A stretch of DNA of 64,000 nucleotides from Laetmonice hystrix (lineage: Eukaryota), in contig OZ249438.1 of the NCBI GenBank assembly GCA_965235115.1, positions 27,838,001-27,902,000 of the forward strand, given 5' to 3'. Below, one piece after another: positions 15,101 to 27,100 of the stretch (its first letter is position 1; the number at the start of each line of letters is the position of its first letter). A model generated the notes under the pieces. That model worked only from the letters and a program-made list of their open reading frames with translations. It was not told the origin of the DNA and searched no databases. The position numbers and the translations under genes were made by a program.

Positions 15101-18100
15101 GCCTACAAAATAGTTTTTATAGAGAGAATAAACTGTCGGGCGCTGGTTGCCTGACCTGGAAGCGTTTGTTAAGTTGGACCAGGCTCTCCTCCAGCGGGTT
15201 CATGAGGAGGACTGCCCGGCCAGCCTTGGCGATCTTCTCAAACACTTTGTTCTTACTCTCCAACATTCCTTTATAGTAGGTGGTCTGAGAGAAATAATCC
15301 TGTCAACAGAAACAAACTCATCTTTATCAAATCTGACATCTGTAAGGCTGAAACTTGAACCACTTTTACTTAACAAAGACAATGTTTACTAACTTTATTA
15401 ATACATAGGTTGAAATAATTCCTATACAAACTGACCGTGTGTTTTTTGCGCCGTTCCTCCACCATGTTGATGTTTCCATCGATCTTGTGTGAGTCCAACA
15501 AAGCCTTGCCCCCGTCCAACCAGCTCCGTATATCAGAGATTCCGTTTTCCAGAGATTCGATCTTTGGTAACAAGGCAGTCAGAGGTTTCTGTCGCTCGGG
15601 TATGGTCCTCTTCACGTTCACTAGCCTCTCCTTGACCCGTTTGAGTTCCTTGAGCATCTTATTGACCTCCGGTGAGGGTGACCTGTCCTTGGCCAGGTTC
15701 TGAGCCACTTCAGTCACCTTCTTAAAGTCCAACACCTTCTGCTCTTCTTCAGCAAGCGCCCCCTGGAAATTAACAGGAGAACTGTTATATTCAGGCACTG
15801 GTACATGTGCTCACTTTATTTAAATATTTACTCGGATCTTTCAACCTGAATCACTAAATCATAGCTAGAAATCAAGAATGACCACGAAGATTTCCCCTCC
15901 CCATTTAGTCTATATGAACTAATACTTTAACAGTCTGGACAGTTTTGCAAAGGAGGACAGCTTCCGTATGGCTACTGGTTTCCGAATTTTGATGACGTTC
16001 TGGATAATTTACACAGCATCCAACATATCTGGCCCATAACGTACGTCGAGCGCTCGCATGTGCTCCTTCAGTTCGCGAAGATTACAGTGGAGTTGGACTT
16101 GTTGCAGTGCCTCTGTCTGTTCCAGCCAGGTGAGCAGTTTGGCCAGGCCTGCTCGGTACTCCCTCTGGTGGCGTTCGATGGACTGATTCTGAAGAAACGT
16201 CTGCGCTTGCTCGGAGACGTCCTTCCAACTACGATTTGTCAGGAGGAGCTGTTCTTTGATCTCCACTGCGATTGGTTCCCGCACCACGTCAATCAGAAAG
16301 TTACCAGCCTCATTCATCACTGTGTGCTTCTCCTGCCATTTGTCGAGATTATCACAAAAATCCTGCAAACACAAACCTCTCCATTACAACCTTGCTAACG
16401 TGAAGAGAATAGTACATGTACCAGGGTAACCCCAAAATAATTGAGAATACGTTAGGGCCAAATAAAGTTAGAATAAAGAGGATCTCCCATAGTAAGCTAG
16501 AGACGAAGAGAGGTACAGCACATGCACTCGAATATTAAACAAAATTCACTTTCAAAATTATCAATCATACATCAGTACAATTAGAGACTAATATTCTTGG
16601 GATTATACCTTATAACTTGTTGACCAGATGTTCTCCTCCTTAAAACAAGAAAACTGCAGCCCTACACCCTGTGCCTTGTCCCCTTTATATTACTACAGTT
16701 TGGGAAACTATCGTATGTAGAAATGCATGCATGGCAAAATGAATATTGCCTGGCATATGAACAAAAGTAGAAGCTTTAATTCCCCAGTTTTTCTTTCATG
16801 CATTCAACAAGCCAACTGTCGAACAGCGAAGCTAAATCTATGAGAATTTATTTACCAATGACTCTAAATCATCTGGAAACAAATAATAGTCTGTGTTTTT
16901 GCATCGCCGGTAGCTGCCAAATGCACGTATGTAAGTTGGGTTAATTTATTGAATTTTTTAAATGTCGTTAAACAATCTATCATGAGGAACCCAAGAGCTT
17001 TCAGCATTTATAATAATAATTATTCTGAGTACAGTTCAAACCGAGTCTCTCTCATGGCGTAAACAAATCGTATCATTTATACCATAATCACATATTGCCA
17101 TATACGGTAGACATTTTATAAAGTCATGAAAATATTTGCATACAACAATTCTGTCACATGCAGAACAATGCAGACCTCATCTTCTGTTATGTACAAACAT
17201 AATTACTTTAGAATTACATGTACAAATGTATACATATACATGTATAAACTTCAAACTAACAATTACTATGTCATAATTTAGGGTCTTTATTCATTTTAGG
17301 TGATTCAAGGTTTTTAATCTTACTACCGGGAAAAAACTACGGAACCACTCTATATGGACAAACAAACAGTGTTATTCGAATAACTCTGAACTCGGTATCA
17401 GCTATTGAAGAAAGACATTTTAACGGAAAGTCAACTCTTGTCAAAAACGGAACCATCCATGAGAACAACTCGGTAAAAACTACGCGACATGCAATGGGTC
17501 CTTATGATAAATAGATTAAAAATATTGAGAGGTAATAGATCATTAATAGATAAATACATTTGTATATAGAAAATGTATGCAAAATTTCTTTCTTGACATC
17601 TGAATATTCTTTTATCATCTGACATAATGTAAAAGTTAGAGTAACAGGGTATTTTTGACAAACGTTTCAACAAATGTATTCGGGACATGAAACCACAATT
17701 TGGACAGGGCGAAAGACTTGTTTGAAAGACTTTATACTTAAGAAAAAGCAGCGAGTTTACCCAAGCAAATAAATGACTAAAGGGGAAGGTTTGAACCGCT
17801 AAGGTTCTGCCAACTGCTACTGTAACTTGTTTGTTATAACGGTAACGTGGTCGTCCATCTAGCAATGTTGTGCTACACCTAACGGGACATGCTTTGTTGT
17901 TGTTGATGACGAACATATCATTGCAGGCGAAGCGAGACCATCACCATTTGTCAGCCCAACCTTGGTTGGGAACCGTATACCAGGTGCTTGCGGACGCGTG
18001 ACGTGTTATAACGTTAAAACGGCCTCGTCTGACGAGCCATACTTACGCCGAAGAACTTTGTCATGATATTGAAATCGCCATCCTGTTTGTCAAGGGTAAT

Positions 18101-21100
18101 AAGCATTTGTCAGGTTGACAAGTCAGAAACAAGCTGCAGAGGACAGCAACGAAACGAAATATTGCAGAGATCAGCCCTTCATTGCCATCTTTTACAAACC
18201 AACCCCTACATGGTTCCATACACCATTACATGATAGCCAGACTTACTACTGTATGGTTCAAAAAGTGCTGCTTCCTACAGCAGTTTCTCTGCCGAGATAT
18301 TATGTATTGACATTTCTGTGACCGGTGTTACTAAGTCAGGATTTCTCTACGGCCATTGTTACAATCTTAGCACATTCCTGCTGCCTGTCTTACCAATACT
18401 GGGATAGTTTTGTGTTATTCTGGTCTGTGTTAGTATTTCCCCATTTCGGAACAGTTATAGATCAGACCTAGTCGCCCTCTTCACATCTATGGTGTACTCA
18501 TCCATGGTGTACTCATCTATTGCTATGTTTACGTCAATATTTGCCAAGTTTCCAAATTAAGTCTATGCATTTCTGTGCCTTGTACTTTATTCAACATTAA
18601 TGTTTGGCTACAGACTTCTTTTTATACCCCCCCCCCCTCCCCCGATGGCAGTACTCCCAACATAATATCAACTGCTCGGCTGTTCACCAAGGTTGACAAC
18701 GGCAAACTTTTCAATAATGTTGAAGCATGGTGGAAAATCATTCAGATAAACTAAGGAAACAAGAAGTTGCCCGCACGGGCGAGAGTTTGGCAACAGTAGG
18801 AAGCTTCAGCCTGTAGATGGGACGGGACTTAGAGAGGACGCACTGAGAGAGGTTGCTAACCCGGGCAATCATGCAGAGACCAGTACAGACTCATGATGAC
18901 CGTTACTGAGATGACTTTCTCAGACGGACCGAGGGGTCACCAGCTCAACTGGTAGACAGGAGAGCACCACACATCCTTCCCAGACAGTCAGGCTGCTTTC
19001 CTTTTTTTCAGAATGTGAATATTCCAATCATAGCACTTCAAATTTCCTCTAGCTGCGTTTTTTTTCTGATATTCTTGCTCTTAATACCCTAGAGTGTATC
19101 TGATTGCACCTAAAATTTCCTACAAAAACTAAATCTTTTATGAAAAGATGCATTCCTTCAAGCATCTTGTGTCATGTTATTTCGATGGAACCGGTGCAAT
19201 GTACACAGATTTCAAAGGTCTCAACGGTCCAGACTTTCCATAAAGACCTATAGTTACTTACGCCTCTGTCTGCTGGGGATCGCTCAAGTTGACGCTCTGC
19301 CTCCCCCAACCAACCGGTCAGTAAATCACGACACGCCTTGTACCGTGTCCAGTAATCTATCACATTCTCCAACATAGACTGCACGCTGCTGATTTCAACT
19401 TTGACCTCGGACCAACGTGATGTTACCTGTTCCAACGTCTCGTTTACTTGTACTGCTTCGTTAGGATCTGATCCAAAAATAAAAACATTAACGTTTCATA
19501 TTTTAGGGCTGAGCACATGGTTCATCATAATTCAACACTACTAAATCATCAGAAGCACCACCAGGGGTGCGTTTCACAACTATATAGTATTGTCGTATCA
19601 TAAACACCAATGTATTTTCAATGCGGAGTTTTACGCACGACAGGGTTACGATTGTTGTGAAACGCACCCCTGAGCCAATTCCTACATTTGATATCTCGTA
19701 AGCACTGGAGTTTGTATCCAAGTCATATGTAGTAGTATTTCAATCAAGGTTTTACCTTCAGCTGTCTAACAAGTGTACACATGTCATAATAACTTCCAAC
19801 CCTGTCACTCAGTCAGGATCTATATCCCATATAAAACTTACTCTGAGGGTTCTGTCGTTTGTAGACGTCTGCCCGTCTCTTCACGTCTTCATACGTCTTG
19901 TCATACTGCTCAAATAGTTTATTGTCATGGACAAAAGTCTGCAACAAAAATCACATGGCATCGAAATGGATGGCTTCTATCTTATTTTTACTATCATATT
20001 TATTATAATAGTCTGCCGTAAAGGGCCGAGCAAGCCTCTGTTTATGGGGAAAGAAAATGCAGAAAGTTGATTATTTTAATAAGAATAGCTACCGGGGTAC
20101 GTATACATGTATATAAATCTTACCCTAATTACGCCATAAAACGACCAACTTAAATCATTATAATCCATGAAAAAAAGGGGGACAAGATCTCCATTTTATG
20201 AGTATTGAAATATCCATGGTAAGATAATTAATTCCGCTATAATACAGCACTTTGGATCGTTACAGTTAAAACACCCGAAGGCAGTACACCTGATACTGGA
20301 GTCATTTATATTGCCATCACACGGGACACATTCTAGACTAGGTCAGATGAGGTCAGGTCAGTTCAGGTCAAAACAAATCACGTCTTGGTAACACTACGGA
20401 ATTGTTACACCTCTAACACACAATGTACAAGTGTCCATCGTGCATAAGAACACAGTCCTGTCCAAGGTGACAAAACATCGCCTCCGGTACTGACCCCTGG
20501 AGGCAAACCTTGACACTGGAACGATCAGTCCCACTCACCATGTAGTCCGCTAACAGAGGTTCCACTTCCTCCTTGCGGCCATACTGTACTGTCCACGTGC
20601 GTAGCTTGGCTTCAGCTGCCACAAGGAAGGCTAATAATCGATACTTTAACTCCTCGTACTCAAGTCGGCGCCTCATCAACCCAGCGCCCTCACTCAGTTT
20701 GGTGAAGCGGGAGTTCATGTTTTCTAGCTGTGTTCGTGGTAATACCTGGCCCGCCAGGGTTCCGTGAGATTTGATCTGGGTAAACTCCGCCTTCACTCCG
20801 TCTAGATCCTTGAAGAAAAGCTGGAAAACAACGCATCTCTGTCAACATTGAATCTCTTTTATTTCTCTAATCACACTTAGTATTCAACAGTTTGTTCTCT
20901 GCTTTGTCTGGCAACAATAAACAAGTTACATGTACTTGTCTGTCACAATATTGTAGGAGGGCCGGGTTTCCAGCTTTGTTTTCCCCCTTCCTTTCTTTTC
21001 TTTCCTCTAACAAATGTGTACCACAATTAACAAGGACTAAACTGCCTCCTTGGATAATTGTCGTGTTTGAAATCAACACCACACAGATACTGAAACAATC

Positions 21101-24100
21101 CCCGATCAATCATTGCGAACCTAATCAACGTTCCCGTTGTGTGACCGTTCTCACTAACACTCCCCACTTACTAATATATTCTGGTCTACCTTTGGACTCC
21201 CTGGATCACATTACAACCCTTGTAAACCACTGTTAGCTCCAGAGAACCAGGAACATATCAGGCCCTGAACCACACACCAATTGACCGTCAGGGACGTAGC
21301 TTGGCTGAAATAAACTTTTTTCGAGGATGGGGGGGGGGGGGGGGTCTGGTTTGAGGGCATTCTGGGTTGGCACATGAACTGGTAAGGCCCTCACTTTAGG
21401 AAAATGAATTTCTGTTACCTTTTAGAATCTTTTTTAACTTAAATTTACATGTGCCCTAGACCTATGACCACTATCCAGTACATGTATTGCATTTTTTTTT
21501 CATTTCTGGGAAAGAATGTGTAGGGAGTCTCAACAGTGTCAAAGTTTGCAGCCATGCACCTGTATGTAATAGTGACCGTCAGGAGTTGTACATGTCATTC
21601 TGTCACATGTTACCACAGGCCCGCACCACTTAACTCACAACCCACTTTCACTATGTGAATACCTCCAGCTTACAAGTCTCTCACAATGGCTAACATCGAC
21701 CACACGAACGGCTCCTCCAATCACACCTTTTAAGCAAGAAAGCTCTGATGGATAGATCAAATCCGTGATCAAGAAATTAAGATAAAAAGGGCCTTTCTAT
21801 ATATGCTGACACTGAACATGTGGCTGATTGTAAGCTTTCCTTATAACTTTGCACTCCTAACAAAACTTTTTTTTTTACAGAATTTGGACTTTAAGTCTGC
21901 TGATTAACCACTTTTAAAACTTAAACTTATAGGAGATCTAGGTCAAAGTTTAATAGGAGGACCTCTTAATGGTCTGTCAAAAGCCAATCAATCACCAAAT
22001 TGTTTTCCTCCCGGGCCTCACCTTGTGCTCCTCAAGCCTCGTGTGAAGCATATCGGCTGTTTCTTCATCTTTCTCCGCATACTTTAACTCGGCGTCCAGC
22101 ATCTCCTCGGCACGGTAGAGCCAGTCCCCGATCTGACCCAAACGTCCCGGCAGACTACTGTCAAGTTTCCACTGCCAGACGCGCGTTCGTGACGTCACAT
22201 AGTTCCAACGTTGCGCGACGTGCACCCATCTGTCCTCACTAATAGTTAATAACGTCTTCGTCTCAGCTTTCACACGTAATCGTTCGTAGATCTCACACTT
22301 CAACCGCAACTCCTCACGAAACGACAGATATTGCTGTAACATTCAGTCCGAAATTAACTTTAAGGTGTTTTCATTAAACCATGTATGAAATCAAGACAAT
22401 ATCAAGAACTTGGATATGAAAATAATGGGCATGTATATCCCAATCATACACCAATATCTGGTGTATGATTGGGATATATCATGCTGGGTTGTCTTTGTTT
22501 ACAACCTAGACTCTTTATAATTAAATTAACTACATTTGACTGTCCATTGCAGAGATCAATTAAAAAAAACGGAAATAAAGCTAAAGCAAACAATGTTATC
22601 TTTTGTCATCATTTGCTTCAAGTCCCGTGTATCACCCAGAGAAACATACCTTAGCAACATTTACAAGATAAAACGCAACTGTTATCGTAAATGTATACAA
22701 GGTAAATTTTCTAGGGATAAACTAATCTTTTCGGAACGGTTCACACCGCTAAAACTTGAACCGTTCTCTGAACAAACTTAGATTATAGGTTTATCAGTGG
22801 ACTGGTGTGGATGGGACCTTCAGTTATTGAGACCAACAACCCCTTCTACCATCTCTGAGACTGCTAACCTCCTGCCGACGAGTTGTGAAGATTTAATGTG
22901 TATACTGATCTCAAGTTATATCTGTCCTCCCTCACGACCGACCCATCATGATTGTACCCGGTGTTATCAGAGAAATTCACTCGCCTCGATAAGAAGGCGT
23001 TCCCACACCTGCTGTTCACACACTTCAAAATTACCGTCTTCCCTTCACACCTGGGTCGTGCTAACACAGGCTTTATAGTTTATCAAAGATGTTCTCATAA
23101 CATCAACCTTCCCCATCCTTTCATCCTTTCCTTTACGGTACCTGCAGATTGCCGTTCAAAGATTCACGATTTGATCGTTCTATGATCTCTAAAGAGTTAT
23201 CCTAGGTCTATACAATAATCGCCAACCCTTAACTTCTCCATTGTGCTGTCAGCCGTTTCCCTCTGAAGTTAATCTTCAAGTTGTTGATGTAGAGGTTTTA
23301 TTTACACGTACTTAAACGTGCCTGACAATAACTGCTCCATGACAGCCACACTAGTCCCCATCACAATCCTGGCCCCGTCCCCCGGCCGGAGTTCTGTTTG
23401 TATAACTAGTCTCACACCATCAGCTATTTGTGGGTTATCTCCTCGGTAAATAACTCTCACATTATTGTTTACCAGTCAGAGTCCCGGGCCCTAGAAACCC
23501 TAACGTTATCAAGGTATGGTATGCCAGTCTCAACGCTAACAGAATCAACGGTAGGTTAAACCAGGTCATGGAAGTACAGTTACATCCTTATTACATCTTG
23601 TACTAAAGAAACTTTCTCTTTCTTGAAGACACTTTTTCTTATACAGTTCTAAGTGAAGTACAAGATTGTGTAAACTGGTCTGAGAATCCTGAGACGTTGA
23701 TCCCCTCCTCCTCCTCCTCCCTCCTGGAGAGGGCGGGTCACATTTGTCATATTTATTCACTAGTGATCTGGGCTTGGCTGGTCATCTGCTGCTCAGCTTC
23801 AACCAGCCAATCAGGGGTCCTAAAAGGCTAAGCAGAGCTTAAGTTAAGGTCATGCTAACCTTTCTGAAACCGGGCCCTGATTGAGATCCCTATTTTGACT
23901 TATAATTTTAGTATCACCAATATCATATCCATTTACTCGTAAAGAGCCATCTATTAACTGACTGACAGTCGACTACACTACTTACAACTCTAACGTAATC
24001 AGGACACAGTATTACTGGGACTCCCACGCCTGAGGCTGCCAACCGAACCCAACCACTGGCACTCACATAGGTGCAAGTCAACATCTGGCTGTAAACAGTC

Positions 24101-27100
24101 CACAGTAGTAGTGAACAAAAAACGTTAAAACTGCGCCGCCCGCCACCTTTATTAAGATGCCCAGGTAGGATGTCTGGCACACAGTGACTGACACGGACGG
24201 CCAGGTAACCCTGGCGTTAGGAGGTCACTCACAAACACGTTACGTACGTAAACCCCCTGCCAGGTACCATGGTAACATACCCACCATATTGGGGTAAGGG
24301 TTAGGGTGTGGGCAGGCAAATGGGGCGGGGGGGGGGCTAGACATGGAGATAAGTTTGGGGGGGGGGGGGCTGGGTTAGCCTTGGAGATAAGTTTTTGGGG
24401 GCAGGGTTAGACATGGAGATAAGGTTTTGGGGCAGGGATAGACATGGAGATAAGTTTTGAGGGCAGGGCTAGACATGGAAATAAGTTTTTTGGGAAAGAG
24501 CTAGATATGGAGGACATGGAGATAAGTTTTGGGGGGCAGGGCTAGATATGAAGATAAGTTTGGAGGGCAGAGCTAGACATGGCTAGGTTTTTGGGGGAGG
24601 GAGAGACATGGACATAATTTTGGGGGCATGGCTAAGCATGGAGATCAGTTTATTTGATAGGTCTCAGTACGGTTAGGGTTAGGATTATAGTTTCTTACTG
24701 TTAGATTTCATGTAGGTTTACCATGGAGGTCTACCCAGCCGTCCCGTCAAAACGCTACCGGAGGTTATGAAAGTGGGTGGGTAGAAAGCGTAGTGAGATG
24801 TAGCCCTTGGCTGGGTTCAATCCAATGATCGCCACACTCAGTTTTTCATTCATGTACCGGGGCACACCTCCGCCTACAGTCTGTGGTTGTGTTGTTATAA
24901 AACATCAGCTGATCTCCTTTACAATATTGACAATCCCAAACAACGTTTTTTTCATGGCGTTTGCTGCAGAAATAGGTTAACGGTTGGTAAGTTGAGGAGG
25001 TAGTCGCAGCGTCCCTGATTTGGCAGTGTAGTCTCTTTCTCTGCCGTCTCCCAGTCCTGGCCATTTACCAAGTCAGGATAGGGTCACAACACATAACCTG
25101 ACCAAGCAGGACCACCCACAACGACGACAATTATTATCGCATTGGGAGAAATCTACGCATATAAAAATGTTAAAGAAACTGAAAATAGGAACTAAATTCT
25201 ACTTGTTTCCATCCGAGAAGTTTCCCTGCACCCCGGAAGGTTGGGAAACCCCCTACCTCACTGAACGGACCGGGGTACACTGATCCCACCCCCGGTGTCA
25301 CAGGTCCCAATGATCCAGCTGGGGGTTGACCCTATACCACCGGGACCCACTCACACACTCACACAGGGAACCGATTAATACATCGGCTGGCATCCACCCA
25401 ATATCACTCATTTAACACTCGATATCTTTCCCGTCAACTCTGACGGATCAAATGTGGAAAGTTCCTAGATGCCATGAAATTGTCTTATTACAGTAGGTTT
25501 ATAATTGTCGGCCTTTCAGTTTCAACGGGAACTTTAAATATAACTATCAGGAGCGATTGATAATTAATTATGGATATTCAATTTGAGGGTTATTGGTGTG
25601 TGGCTGGACAGTGATGGACACTGTCCTGCTTTAGACCCCGGGTTTATAGATTGGATGGGGGCCATGATGAGGGCTCCATGTCGAGAGTGGGTATTAATAG
25701 CCAGGCCAGAGTCTGACTGACACAGCTGTGCAATAATCTCCACTACTAATATTGAAATGTCATTGTTCCTAATGAGGGCAATAGGTGCTGACTGTAAGCT
25801 GGCGTGAAATGTTACTGCACAAGCTCACAACCTTGTCTGCCGTACTACACTTTTTTATATTAATTTTTTGTGTGAAAATTACGAGTTCGTGGGACGCCCC
25901 ACAGACTGCTGGACTTAACCATGCACTGACTTACTTATCATGCTACACTGGGCGGAATTCTGATTCCGTTCTCTGGCCTACCTGTGTCCTGGGTGGGCTG
26001 GTCTGTGTCTGCCCTGGAGGTCGGCCTGGAGTAAGGGTTGCCCCCGGGGATGAGGTTCCCCGTTCCTCAGCCACATATGAAGTGGGAATGTCTCCTTCCT
26101 CAGTATCACATGAAGTGGGAGTTTCCCCCTCTGACGGGATTCCTCCTTCCTCAGTACCTCCAACTGTCGGAGGTTCCCCCTGTGCGGGGATTCCTCCTTC
26201 CTCAGTACCACCACTTGTGGGGGTTTCCCCTGCCTCAGCACCATCTGGAGAGTGGGTGTCCTCCTGTGATGGGATGCCTCTTTCCTCAGTACTACCACTT
26301 GTGGGGGTTTCCCCTGATTCAGCACCATCTAGAGAGTGGGTGTCCTGTGATGGGATTCCTCCTTCCTCAGTACCACCACTTGTGGGGGTTTCCCCTGTTT
26401 CAGCACTATCTGTAGAGTGGGTGTCCTCCTGTGATGGGATTCCTCTTTCCTCAGCATCTTCTACAGTGGAGAGTTCCCCCTCTAAAGTTCCTCCCCCCTC
26501 AGTACCAACACTTTCCTCCTGTGATTGAGTTCCTCCTTCCCCAGCACCCAGTGTGAGGGGTTCCCCCTCTGATGGGGCTTCCTGCCTACAATCCATACCT
26601 GGCTTTCTCCTTTCTCCTATGTAGCTCACATGTTACAGACACGTGAATACTGTCTTCACATGTTACGGACACGTGGATATCATCTTTACGTTCCACACGT
26701 GGGTACCATCCTCACATGCCGCTGACACGTGGATACCATATTCACGTTACAAACACGTGGATACCATCCTCACATGTTTACTAACACGTGGACTCCCTCC
26801 TCCGGGACGTGACCCGATCACCATGTTACAGGTGCTGTTACAGGTGTGATCAGACAGGTGCCCGTCTATTTACTCCTGCTGATTGAAGTACAGCACACCC
26901 ACACCGCCAGGCCGCCGGATATTCCAGCCCATGTAAACACGTTTACAGTTTTTAGCAACATTCCAACAAACTGTGGCCAACACGTGACACAGCGTCCCAC
27001 GCCTGAATACGATACAATGTGAGCACGCCACAGCCCGCTGGGTCAGACTCACTCAGTCCCGGTACGATGGATCCAAGGCCGTCAATACGTCACGGTGTGC

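Noticed and set aside
17431-17916. 161-aa minus ORF in an AT-rich intron
   Set aside because: No recognisable domain, no compatible splice sites, intron-like composition
18028-18055. Hammerhead-like CTGACGA...CGAA and U1-like ATACTTAC
   Set aside because: Stem II cannot pair; ATACTTAC is simply the reverse complement of a splice donor
23142-23186. Possible small exon IIERSNRESLNGNLQ
   Set aside because: Needs an atypical AGAG acceptor with little pyrimidine tract, and the flanking exons already join like nesprin-1
23812-23879. One-sided MITE-like end CTTTCTGAAACCGGGCCCTG
   Set aside because: Partner TIR too degenerate to define an element
25785-26528. 247-aa plus-strand ORF (and other frames) over the acidic repeat
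   Set aside because: Antisense shadow of a stop-poor repeat; no splice, start or homology support
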